Under the pieces are notes generated by a model, which ran no database searches, was not told where the DNA came from, and was given only the letters and a program-made list of their open reading frames with translations. A program made the position numbers and the translations under genes. DNA of 64,000 nucleotides from Trichosphaerium sp. ATCC 40318 (Eukaryota > Protista > Tubulinea). Position 1 is the first letter of the stretch. Every line of letters starts with the position of its first letter. Shown piece after piece: positions 50,935-62,777 of this stretch. The stretch lies in NCBI GenBank assembly GCA_038496445.1, contig JALMLS010000062.1, forward strand, positions 496,001-560,000. Reading direction: 5' to 3'.

Positions 50935-51559
50935 ATAATCTTAGAGATTGTTTAATTGCTCTACATTTATTGACTTGTATAGACCCCATTGTGTCCGAGC
51001 AAATAGAAATTGAAGATGAGCACGAAACCTACAACACAATGGTAGATTCAATCGAACTTGTTGAACCTAAACAAGAAGTAAGAGATATCCTAATAAACAC
51101 TGAACTTCAAGCATTTGCATGTTTTAATAGCATGTGAAGATGATTGTTTTGGGTAAAATATGGTGTAGCTATATCAGCCTGGTCCCGATAGCGTAAGCCA
51201 CAAAACGAGAAAAAAGAAAAAATTGAAGTAGATTGTCGTAAATATTGTATATTGGTGTAACTCAATTATCGAGATGTAGCTCAAGGGAAGTTGTAGTAGA
51301 TAACAGATGTCGGATTTAAGTGTATTAAGCAAATGTTTCAGTACGGTACATTTAACAACTAAACGATTACCAATAGTGTTATGATTTATATATGTACAGT
51401 AACACAGATAGTGGTATTTAAAAGAACATGGTAGGCTTGATAAACATGAGTTTGTATCACTTTTTTTTTTTTTTTTTGGACATCTTGTTTTATTCTCAAG
51501 ATTATGGGAGTACGTGGAAAGCTATGGAAATTGTTGACTGCAAAACGTGGATATATTAG

Positions 51560-52293
51560 TTAATTCTGTAATACTGGTCTGTTATGTTACTAGACCATAG
51601 AGATACTGTGTGTACACCAGCCAACGCCTTAACACCATTATCTGTTATGTTGCTGCACCACCGCAGAGATATTGTGTGTACACTAGCCAACGCCTTAATA
51701 CCATTATCTGTTATGTTGTCGCACCTACACACCAAAGCTTAATGGTATGAATGTTGTGCTTTTCAAAATGACAATACAATGGCCCAAGCCATTTACAAAC
51801 AATTTTAGTATGTTCATCTGTGAGAGCTTTTAATGAAACATCTGATACATCTATATCTGGTAAACCACTGAATTGACTTATATTTTGTTCCAATAGCGAA
51901 AAAAATGGCTTCATCATCGATATCTTTGGAGCAAACAGTCACGTTTGAAAGATCAATATTGCGAACACCAAAAAGGCAAGCAAAGTCATGCTTCGAAATA
52001 TCAATTAGAGCACTTAGTGCGCTAGTTTCGCCGAATAAAATGGCTGTGTTTTTAAGTAGTGGACTTCCTTTTAAAACACGACAATCTGATGATTGTTTCA
52101 ATCTAATCGAACAAACTCCAATAACATGGCGAATGATGTCGTGTATACAAAAATTGACTCAATCGCCGAAACAAACCACGTGCGAAAATTCGATTTTTTC
52201 GACCTTAACGCAACCACTACTAGCATTGAAACTATCATATACTTCTGTAATATGCCCCACATGTAGCCACATAGCTATTCATCTTACTTTCAT
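51560..52293 (-). pseudogene. Decayed LRR gene (LAGVHT-type), paralog of 6781-7970
   Basis: ITDNGIKALASVHTISL and ITDNGVKALAGVHTVSL repeats with frameshifts. The N-terminal YYR...IESI segment resembles the 6781 exon. Confidence 0.6.
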
Positions 52294-52347
52294 GTATTAA
52301 CAGCCTCACAACAAAGCTCAACCAGTTGATTAACAGTATTTCTTTAT

Positions 52348-53376
52348 TTACTCCTCTTTGGAGTCTTTAATTAGTACTTGACCATTATAATACCACTCTT
52401 GGTACTTTCCTTCTACCTCACCATTGACATAAGCCATTTTCTTCCATAGTTGGCCGTTACAATACCACACCTTGTACTCTCCTTCAAGCTTATCATTTTT
52501 ATAGCAACACTCCTTTTCTTGTTGACCATTTAAATACCAGCGCTTGTATACTCCATCTTTAGATCCGTTTACACAATGATAGTGAAGCAACAAAGTACCA
52601 TCGGTTCGCCACTGTTTATGCTCTCCATGTTGAATACCATTCGAAAAGTGACTGTGAAATTTAAGTTGGCCGTTTTCATACCAATCTTTGGACTCTCCTT
52701 CAAGTTTATCATTTATATAGTGACACTCATTCTTCAATTGACCACCGTATGGATACCATTCCTTCTGAATCCCTTCCTGTTTACCATTGGCATAATTAAA
52801 TTGTTGTTTAATTTTACCGCTTCTTCTCCATATTTTTCTCTCTCCTTCTAGTTTGCCTTTGACATAATGACAATGTTCCTCAAGTATTTTAGCAGTATGC
52901 CACTTCTTGTACTCTCCATCCAATAAACCATTTTTATAAAAACAAAGTTTATCTAACTCATCAACACCACAATACTCTTTGTACTCTCCCTCAAGTTTAT
53001 CATTAACATACTGATGATGATAATCTAATTTTTTTCTGTTCAACGTGGTGTTCCACCTCTTGAAATCTCCTTCACGTTTACCATGTTTCCAGCATTGTTG
53101 AGTTATACCTTTCCTAAGTCTGTGTTGTATCCATTTTCCGTGCTTGTTACAGTCACTATCAAACCGTGTTGTAGTCGCTGTTTGTTTTGAAAGGAGAGGC
53201 CATTTTGCGTATATTTCGCGGTCTAGGTCTAATAAATCAAGATGTAACTCAACTGGAAGCTGTAGTATGTGGTTGTATTCTATTTTCCTGGCATTCAGCT
53301 AGTAAATTGTTTTAGGTAAAGCGCAGATATGTTTAGTTAAATAAGGTACCTTGCGTTTCATAGTTGAGAGGCTCAT
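52348..53376 (-). CDS. F-box-like + MORN-variant repeat protein
   Basis: Exon 1 MSLSTMKRK, then ILQLPVELHLDLLDLDREIYAKWPLLSK and ~9 repeats of the form WYxNGQL...YxNGKLEGE. Confidence 0.85.
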
Positions 53377-54925
53377 CTTTCTATTGTCAACGGCTGTAAG
53401 ACGTTCTTTGACTACAAGCGGTTTAACGATTTTCACGGAATCTAACAGCTTCATAAAGATAAAAATGGCGCGAGTGGCATTACAACCGAAGCGGTATCAA
53501 CGCCGCCTTCACCGCTTCGCAACCCGTGGGTTGGTTCACGACAAGAATGCGTTGCGATGTCTAGTATGAAGTCTCCTACGGCGTTTGTAGTTAGAATAAG
53601 AAGCGTTTTGGGCATGTGCAGTAGTCCGGAAAAACGTTTGGCCCAAACTTTCGTTTGTAAATGTCTGTTGCTAGAAAAATGTCCCGTACAGCATAAATAT
53701 TATAACAACATGAGTGTTACATCTATATCACTTGCTTGGGCTGCTTTTACAGCTACTCACATGGTTTGTGCTTAAACGAGCTTTGATGTTTATAACTTTG
53801 CTTAGGGACTCTCTCATTCGCCTATACGGAAGCATTTAATAACTAGCATGGGCACAAACCTGTTTTTGTTTGCTTATTCAGTAATTTCATTTGCAACCTT
53901 CATTCCGTTGATTGGAGAATACTTGCAGTGCGTAGCGGTGCTCATTCCAAATGTAACATGTTTTAGGCTATCTTTAAACGTAGCCCCTTTCGCTCCCATA
54001 GCACTATGGAGGGACATCCTTTCAACAGCGTTAACATACACAGGAGTTTTAGGCGTTTTTAATGCCTTTTCAAATCCTCCTCCATCAAGTTTTATAAAAC
54101 AACATTTCGTTACTGAAGAAAAAGATGTTTGCTATGGTACTTAACGCTGCTAAACTACTTTGAGTAACACATTTGATATAGGTCTGGCACGTGCAACTAG
54201 ACATCCACTAGGATGGTCTGCTATACTGTTAACTATTGGTAAAACTATTGGAGCTTCTAATTCTGCTGACTTGATGTTCTGGGGCGTGTACGTATCTCTG
54301 AAATTACAATTATGTGGAATTGTATTTCTGATCTTTTCCGTAGATTACCTGTCTTTACACTGGCGTCATTGTATCACCAAGATGTAAGACACAGAGAGTA
54401 TAAACCAAAGCGATACTTTGATGAAACATCGTTCTTGCCATTCATGTCAATTGCATCAGGTTTGTTTAACTGTGGCTTGCGCAATTAAATGGCGTAGGTA
54501 AACAATCTTTGAGTGGAATTTGGAAGGATAGTACCGTCTTGCCGTCTTTGTTAGGTTCTTTGTTCGCTTTAGGCGTATGGTATTTAAGACCGAGCTTTCT
54601 ATTGACGTACCCTTATTTTGGGGTATTTCCAATGACCTTGTAGCTTGTAGAGCGTAAAATACTGTGTACACTTAAACCCTTGTCTTTTGAACGTACAGAC
54701 GTATAATAAATGGTGTATAAAACAAAACCGTATCGTTTTCTCAACAGTAGCTACTTTGTACTCATTGTTACACTTTGTACGTGACCAAGCGAGGTGTTTG
54801 ACTGCTTAATTAGGAAATTGATAATGGTGATCGCAATCGAGCTTTGTTTTAGAGCGGAGTCTAACATGGTCACTTGAGCTTTTTTTATTGTACCAGAAAC
54901 TGCAAGTGAAGTAACGCGTTGTATC

Positions 54926-56879
54926 ATGTTCAAGAAGCTTTTTGTACGCAAAAAAAAGAATAAGAAGGGCACAGGAGACGGAAAAGCAAAAAGACGAGCT
55001 GCATCTGTCTCCAACACCCGGACTACCTCCGCCAAGTCAGGTTCCGCTAAAACAAAATCAAAACGGTCTGTTTCAAGCGCACCAAAAGTAAAAGCAAAAA
55101 AACAAAGTGTCGTGCCAGCTGCTACCATAAACTCATTACCAGAGGTAAGGTTACTAACATTAGGGTATTTTCAGTCTAACATATTTTTACAGGAGCTTCT
55201 GAAGCTTGTTTTCAGAAGTCTAGATAGCAAAACTTACTTGGCTTGCGTTTTAACATGCAAAGACTTCAATAAAGTAAGCACCTGTGAGTAACATACTAAA
55301 ATGCTAAAAAATTATATTAGCGCTCAATTGTGGATTACAAAGCTTTTGTTGCAGGTACGTTGATGAGAAACGAACTTGCAATCAATACTAAATTTAGTTA
55401 GAGCAAAAAAAAGCAGTACAAGCCACCAAAGGTATTTATTCTTTCTATTTTGCGCGCCCATATCAATTACTGATTAGTGCAATCACCATCAGCGTCAGGA
55501 AGAATAAAACGCGCTGACGCGTACGAATGGGGAAGTGTACTAGGTAAAGGAGCTTTTGGGGACGTAGTAAGCGCTGTCGAGAAGGAGAGCAGAAGAAAGG
55601 TGCGCATTTTTGTTTGGTATGTTGTACTGAATCCTAAATCATAAAAAGGTGGCTATCAAGGTACTCAACAAACAACACGTAGTCAGAGAGAAGAAGCATA
55701 AATACGTGAAAACCGAACGTGATATTCTCGCTTCTACTACCCACCCTAATATTATAAGTCTATACAATACGTTCCAAGACAAAGAGAATTTATGTATCCG
55801 CCACAGAAGCAACATCTAGGAGTTTTTTTTTTTCAACGTTTGCTTTTCCTTTTTCTCTCCCTGTATTATACCCTTTGACTTTATAAGATTATATTATGGA
55901 GCTTGCAGAAGAGGGCGAGCTGTTTCATCACTTGAAAAAGGTAAATGACGCAATTACTTTTTGACATTTTCGGCTTTTTTCTTTTGGCCGTTTGTATCGT
56001 ACATACTTACGCATGGCGTTTAGCATGGTAAATTTACTATTCCTGTGGCTGCTTTTTACCTTGCCGAATTGATTTTGGCGTTAACGTATTTACACTCTCT
56101 TGGTATTGTTCACAGGTAGGTTGTGCTAGTTAACTCAGGAAGTTTACTATTTTTTGTAGAGACGTAAAGCCCGAGAATATTTTATTGGCCAAGGACTTTC
56201 ATATTAGACTCACGGACTTTGGTACTGCCAAGGTATGCGTAAAAGACCGTTGGAATTTAAGTTATTGTTTACGCATAGTCACTCCTAACGAATTATCAAG
56301 AAACTGGATACAACATCTCGCACAGCTCGTGCGTACTCGTTCACAGGTACGTATTTTTGAAAAAGAGAAAACGTTTTTTTAATCGGTAACTGTTACCTTT
56401 ATCTTATCTATCTCAAGGCACACCAGAATATATACCACCTGAACTACTCCTTGGCGAGGTGAGGCTAACCGTTTAGAAAAAAACAAACAGTTTTCTCTAA
56501 TCTCCGTTTAGGAAGCATACAGTTGTTTCTTGTCCGATTTTTGGGCTTGTGGATGTGTATTGTACCAAATGCTGGTGGGTAAACCACCGTTCACTGGTAT
56601 GTCACGTTCTATCGCCAACAAAACCAATTCTACTTTCGGTGAAATAACTCCGCCTTAGGTGCAACACAGTACCTCACTCTACAGGCTGTAAAAGAAGCTA
56701 ATTTATCCTTCCCTGATGATATGGATGAAACAGCCAAGGATCTCATCAGCAAACTTTTACAATCTGTTCCTGAAGAGCGCCTTGGTGCTGAAAACTTGGA
56801 CGATTTAAAAAGCCATAAGTTCTTTGCAACTGTAGACTGGGAAAATATCCACACGTGTACACCACCAAAAATGCCTTGA
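54926..56879 (+). CDS. F-box + PDK1-like AGC protein kinase (no PH domain)
   Basis: F-box INSLPEELLKLVFRSLDSKTYLACVLTCKDFN. Kinase motifs LGKGAFGDV, VAIKVLNK..VVREKKHKYVKTERDIL, HRDVKPEN, LTDFGTAK, RAYSFTGTPEY and SDFWACGC. Confidence 0.88.
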
Positions 56880-56979
56880 GGTCAAGGTACAAAGAAATAA
56901 AACACAAAAAATATTGCAACAAAGTTACAAACAACTGAAAGCTTGCAGAACCAGTAAATTTCAATTTTGTCATCAGACC

Positions 56980-57052
56980 GGCTGAGTAGCATAGTGGTTA
57001 TTGCACCTGCCTTGTAAGCAGGGGGTCGTGGGTTCGACTCCCACCTTAGCCT
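56980..57052 (+). tRNA. tRNA-Thr(UGU)
   Basis: Acceptor stem GGCTGAG/CTTAGCC, D-arm TAGCATAGTGG, anticodon arm CCTGC-CTTGTAA-GCAGG and T-loop GTTCGAC, followed by a T-run Pol III terminator. Confidence 0.95.
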
Positions 57053-57202
57053 TTTTTGCTCCTTATTTTTCCTTTCTGAAACGTATGCTTGTAAATCCCT
57101 TACACAAGACGCGCAAGCTTACGTCATGTCGGAAAACCACCAATCACAACGATTTGTTCACATTTTATGTCATTTTACCATTGTCAATAAGTTTCCAACA
57201 TC

Positions 57203-58836
57203 ATGAAAGCTTTTCTCCTCATCGCACTTGCGCTCGTTGTAGTCTCCGCAATAACGCCCTTATGTACCGTTGTATTACTATGTCGTCGTCTAATCTCTCT
57301 TGTAGCTGATCCTCAATGGCTTGCGTTCAAGGAGGAATACGGTAAATCGTACGAAAGCATTGAAGAGGAGTTTAAACGCTACACCATCTTCCAGGCACGT
57401 GCTTCGTTTGTCACTTCACCACTGTTTATGCCCAGTATTAATTTACATGTTAAACGCTCTCTTTGATAATAAAATCGCGATTTCTGGTTTTTTAGCTTTG
57501 CTTTTTGACTTATTTTCTGTTTTAGGTTAATTTGGAGCGTATCATGGTTTTAAACCAACAAGATACAGCTGAGTATGGTGTTAACAAATTCAGCGACTTG
57601 AGCCAAGAAGAGTTCGCTGGAATGTACCTCACATACAAACCAACACCTATCCCTGATGACGTCAGAGGTACATACGATTTAAAGCGAATTTTCGTCACGG
57701 TTTTCAATTTTTTGTCGTTTTGCTAACGTCTTGCTTCTCTTTCTAGTTCCTCCTGTAAGCCAAGAACGTGTTTCTCAGCTACCAAAGACTTTCGATTGGA
57801 GAAAAGAACGTCCTAACCCAGTCACACCTGTCAAGAACCAAAAACAATGCGGAAGGTAATGGTTTTTCACTTTCGAAATTTTTTTGATTGTCGTATCGTT
57901 ATTTTTCCGCACGTGATTTTTTTTTGTTTGGCTTTTAGTCACTTACGATTCGATTTTTAGTTGCTGGGCTTTCTCCGCTACAGAGAATATTGAGAGTGTA
58001 TGGATTCGTGCTGGTCACTCAGCTGTTGAACTCGCTCCACAACAAATTGTTGATTGTAAGTTGTTTTGTTTAAATTTCTGTGTATTGATCCCTGATCTCA
58101 CTTCTTAGGTGATACTACAGATGATGGTTGCCAAGGTGGATTCCCATCTAGAGCTTTTGAATATGGTACGACTTGTTTTCCCGTGGATATTTCTAAGTTC
58201 TTTTCTTCGCATTTTTTTTTTCTTTTCAATGTGTTGATGTTTTGTTTTCAGTTATCAGAACTGGTGGTATGGAGAAAGAAAGTGATTACCCATACACTGC
58301 CAAAAACGGTAGATGCGAATCTGAAAAGGATAAGTTTGTCGTCAAAATATCAAGCTTCAAATACGTAAGTAAAACAAGTGCACTTGTTCCGTCTCAAAAA
58401 AAACTCCACCAGTTTGCATCTTCTTATGCACCTTTTAGGCTACGCAATCCAGAAACGAAACCGAGATGCAAGTACGTCTTCAAGACTGGGCTCCTCTATC
58501 TATCTGTCTTGATGCGAGCCAATGGAGTTCTTACAGAGGTGGCGTTTTAACACGTACGTTCTACCATCATTACAACAGTTTTTGTACTTATATTTTTCGT
58601 AGACTGCGGTAACCAACAAGATCACTGTGTACAACTTGTAGGCTGGAATAAGGAAAGCAACCCACCATACTGGATTGTCCGTAACTCATGGGGTAAGCTA
58701 GTTTATCTGTGTTTAAAACTGTGTTTCTTATTTTTTTAATCAAGGTGAGGACTGGGGTATGAATGGTTACATTCACTTAGAAATGGGCAAGAACATGTGT
58801 GGTGTAGACAATACTGTAACATCAGCTTTTGTTTAA
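57203..58836 (+). CDS. Papain-family (C1A) cysteine protease with an I29 propeptide
   Basis: Signal peptide, YGVNKFSDLS, FDWR, VKNQKQCGSCWAFSA, CQGG, DHCVQLVG and YWIVRNSWG. Confidence 0.95.
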
Positions 58837-59600
58837 AGCATTAAACTTGTAGTGGCAATACGCATCACCCGCGTATCTGAATAAAACCCTGACAAAGAAA
58901 ATTGTTCTCCTACTTTTTTTTGCCGTAATCGTGTGTACCCGCAAGATGCGTGAGTAAGCTAGTGTCAGGTTCTTAACAGAGTCATTCACCTTCAGAATGA
59001 ATACCACCGACAAAAACACGATTAACAACAAACCAAAGTATGTCATATGAGTGTATGTATAACCATTGTGGATACAATAAAGGAGCTAAAGTTGGTCCAT
59101 ATTTTCGCTTTTTTGTTTAACACATGGTTGTACTATTCGTTGAAACATAGTCTCAACAAAGAAAGAAGCTTGGTGTCAAAGTTGTCTGTTTTGCGTTTAA
59201 AGTGCCTGCTGTTATATGGTACTTCTACAATGAAGTTGCAAAAGTACCCTGAATGCAGAAAATAGAGTGAACATTTTTCGCTGAATACTCAAGAGTAGAG
59301 AGTGTAAATTTGCTTTACTTGGTGGCCGTTGCAAGATAGATTATTAGCAGTAAAGATAAAAAACTCTTTGCTTTTTTTTTGTGCACCACAAAACCGTCAA
59401 TGGCTATCAATAGCACGTGGCAATTTCAGATAATACTTCACTAATATTTCCTTTTCTTTCTCGCGTACTCATTACATAAATCTACAAACATCAGCACAGC
59501 GTAATGGATCCTTCTTGCCAGGTTTTTTCTGGCAGTACGTTTCCCCCTCTCAGTTAATAAGAACCTGTACATAGAGCTAAAACTCGCTTCTTTAGTAAAG

Positions 59601-60191
59601 ATGGAAGTGAAAAAGGGCATTAAGGGAAGCAAACGAGCATTTCACTGGGATACACAAGTAAGAAGCCATTAAACGCTCTGTTTTATCATCTAAAGGCGTC
59701 TGTAGCAAGAATGGGAGCCTTCAAACTGGTTCTATGAACCTATTGACGCAAATCTTCTACACAAGCTTAAAATCGGCGATATCGTGAGGTTACGCGCAAT
59801 ATTCAAACAAGGAGGCTGGGAAAAGGTCTACGTTCAAATTACAAAAATATCGCACTACACAGCCGGTAAGAAGGGCAAAACAGGTGCGCATCGACAGCGC
59901 TAGTACATTTTACTGGCTAAACGCCGATTATTAGCGATCAGGAAGCTTTGGGGAGTTCTTTTGTATGTTTACCATGAAGACTGCTTTGACAGGCCTGACA
60001 GCGATCTGGTAGAAGGTGAAGAGGTTGCTTTTCAACGTGCGAATATTATAGAACTACCAGGGTGGTCTGCAGACGACGAGGAAATGATAAAAGCTGCAAA
60101 AAAAGCAAAAAGACCTGTTCCAAATTCTGTGCAACGTCAAGGCAAAGAAAAGCTGTTTTCTAACAGATATGATGGCTCAGACTATTTTTGA
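59601..60191 (+). CDS. Small hypothetical three-exon protein
   Basis: In-frame splicing gives MEVKKG...WDTQ / QEWEPS...LKIGDIVRL...EKVYVQI / AIRKLWGVL...VAFQRANIIELPGW...*. Confidence 0.6.
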
Positions 60192-60752
60192 TGTTTATCA
60201 CGTGAAGCTGAGCGAACAAAATAAAATTCCAAAAGAATCACGTGACAACATCCAAAAAAAGATGATAAACAAAATCAGTTACTTCTGACACGTGATTTGG
60301 GGATGTATAAGTGAATAGGTATAGAATGTAATCCAAACAACAAAATAAAGCAGCAGAATAAGTTATGAGACTCACAGTGTAAACCCTAGTGCTGACTTTG
60401 CATTTACAATGTGATTAGTTCCCTTTTGTTTAGTAATTGAGTATGTTGGTAGAGGAAGCATTAGAGTTATTACACTCTCAACAAAGCAAAAACTCAGCGG
60501 AGGAAAACAAAATGTATTGAGGCATCAAGTGTTTGTTTGTTAAAACACTTGGTTAGATCAAACCTCTCCAATCAGCAAAGACAATCTGGAGAGAAACACA
60601 TTGTACCTGGCAGATATCTATAGCACAAAGCGAGCATGTGTGGTTTATTTGCAAAACGTGTTCATGAAATGGAAAATACAATTTTTAGAAAATACTGTTT
60701 TGAGGCAAAGTTGTCAACAGACAAAGTCAAGTATGCTAATCTGGCATACACA

Positions 60753-61664
60753 TTAATAAAATGCAACTCTGTTTCCATTTTCATTCCATAATATTTCTTC
60801 ACCATAGTGCCTACCTTCAACCCAAACCATATGAATAAGAAGTTGTCCATTTGCATACCATTTCTTTTCATCACCATGTTTGCGACCATCAACCCATAAA
60901 CTCTGTACTTTAAGCTGTCCATTAGCATACCATTCTTTTTTTTCGCCTTGTAGTTTATCATAGATGTAGTAACAAAGTGAGCCCAATTGACCATTTTCAT
61001 GCCATGCTTTATATTCGCCATGTAGTTTATCATAAATGTATACACATTTTTCTAAAAGGTTCCCATTCTCATACCATTTGTTAAAAGCACCATGTCGTTT
61101 ATCATAAACAAAAAAGCATTTATGTGAAAGTTCTCCACTTTTATGCCATGACTTAATTTCACCATGTCGTTTATTTTCAACCTTAAAGGTCTGGAACATT
61201 AGTTGTCCGTTATCATACCATACCTTTTGTTCACCATCTAATTTACCATCAACCCACATATTTTCACTTTTAAGTTGTCCATTTTTATACCACACCTTAC
61301 ATTTACCATTTTGTTTATTATCAACCCAAAAGATCTGGTCCATCAATTGTCCATTTTCATACCATCGATTACTTTCACCTTGTAGTTTACCATCAACCCA
61401 CATACTTCTATATTGTACCTTTCCACTTTTATACCATTGTAGCCATACTCCTTTCTTTTGTAATGTTTCATCAAAGTGAGTATTAATCGCAGCTCTCTTT
61501 GATAAACTGTGGAATTTGGTAAATACTTCTTTGTTGAAGGTACAAATGTAAGTTTGAAGTTCATGTGGAATATCCAATAACCCCAAGGAATCCAATTCAC
61601 TGTCTAGTTTTCTTTGCTTTGTACTTGACTGGTAAAACAATGTTAGAGGAGAAAAAAGGTGCAA
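60753..61664 (-). CDS. F-box-like + MORN-variant repeat protein (true start probably in upstream exons, possibly ATG 61827)
   Basis: LLDIPHELQTYICTFNKEVFTKFHSLSK followed by ~10 WYxNGQL repeats. Paralog of 52348-53376. Confidence 0.85.
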   Translation of the reverse strand: MHLFSPLTLFYQSSTKQRKLDSELDSLGLLDIPHELQTYICTFNKEVFTKFHSLSKRAAINTHFDETLQKKGVWLQWYKSGKVQYRSMWVDGKLQGESNRWYENGQLMDQIFWVDNKQNGKCKVWYKNGQLKSENMWVDGKLDGEQKVWYDNGQLMFQTFKVENKRHGEIKSWHKSGELSHKCFFVYDKRHGAFNKWYENGNLLEKCVYIYDKLHGEYKAWHENGQLGSLCYYIYDKLQGEKKEWYANGQLKVQSLWVDGRKHGDEKKWYANGQLLIHMVWVEGRHYGEEILWNENGNRVAFY

Positions 61665-62777
61665 GAATAAAAGACTTTATGGTGGGACAAAGAACGACTT
61701 CAGTTTTTTGGTCACAAAAATTTGAAGACTGTTTTAAACTGAATGTGGAAGAGTGCCGTTGTTTATCATGGGTAGTACTATAAAAAAGAAAGCGTCAAAA
61801 TAATTTCCTTGCTTTATTTGTTGACATTGTAATTTTTTCAAGAGCTCAAAAAAAAAGCTGAAGTCACTTGACTTCCACAAAACCGAAGACCGAAATTAGA
61901 ACCGTTTTTCTCACACTATTGTCCCGCTTTAATTAGTGTAAGGAAGTGGTCTTGACTGCTTTTGGAATAGCTGTAAGCTGCACATCCTTTCAATTGAAGA
62001 AACAAAAAGCTCCAATACAAGTTCTTGGAAAAACAAATAAAGAGCTTTGATTTAATTTAGAACTTTGCTCTTATTGGTGGACAATCTAGCTGCGTAATTG
62101 TATTTACGTACCATTACACAATTTATGTACTGATTGTAGTTAAACCTTGTATTTACAGTTTAACTTTCTGCGTTGTGTCCGCGTAGTACCGATTCAACTT
62201 GGTATGACTTTTTTTGAAATAGGTCCTACTTGGTCTTTAGATTTACACTGGTTCGACCGTCCGGTTGGTGACGGTGCGATTTTGGTTTCAATGACGTTCG
62301 TCACTCAAGTAGTGATTGTCATTTTGGACTCGGTTTGGCCGGTTTAGATATTTTACAAAAAAGATCTACGCTGACTTAAGTGGTCATTTGATGTTTGTTT
62401 GAGATCACCGAAGCAACTAGCGTCCAACAAAGAGACTCGAAGTGTATTATGGCAACTCAACCACATAGTCTAGTCAAAACGGCAAAAATCTTGACGCTAT
62501 GGACTGTGCAGTCGGTTGTGAAGGTAGTTTTCGGTTAATTATAAATCCATATCCTGTTGGCTATTAGTACTTTTCAAAATCACGTTTTTATTGTACAAAA
62601 ATGTGGCTGCGTAAAAACAGAGGTATAACGGCGCTGATACTACCAACGTATACTATAAACCATACATATGATTGAGGCGCTATGATATCGGTGAGTTTCT
62701 TATTCACTGGATAGAAATTTCAAATTTTTTTCAATTTCATAATTGTTTTGGCGCCACACACAAAGAATGATGCAAAG

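Noticed and set aside
53520-53563. Hairpin CAACCC-GT-GGGTTG followed by CTAG, as a Helitron 3' end
   Set aside because: The stem is only 6 bp, the spacing to CTAG is ~25 nt, and there is no Rep/helicase or matching 5' end.
53400-54700. Cluster of short ORFs on both strands
   Set aside because: No coherent splice model or recognisable domain. It may be a decayed minus-strand gene, but I cannot support a call.
52348-61664. MORN-variant proteins as YwqK-type antitoxins of a toxin-antitoxin system
   Set aside because: That label attaches to the repeat generically. There is no adjacent toxin, and the genes have eukaryotic introns and F-box-like N-termini.
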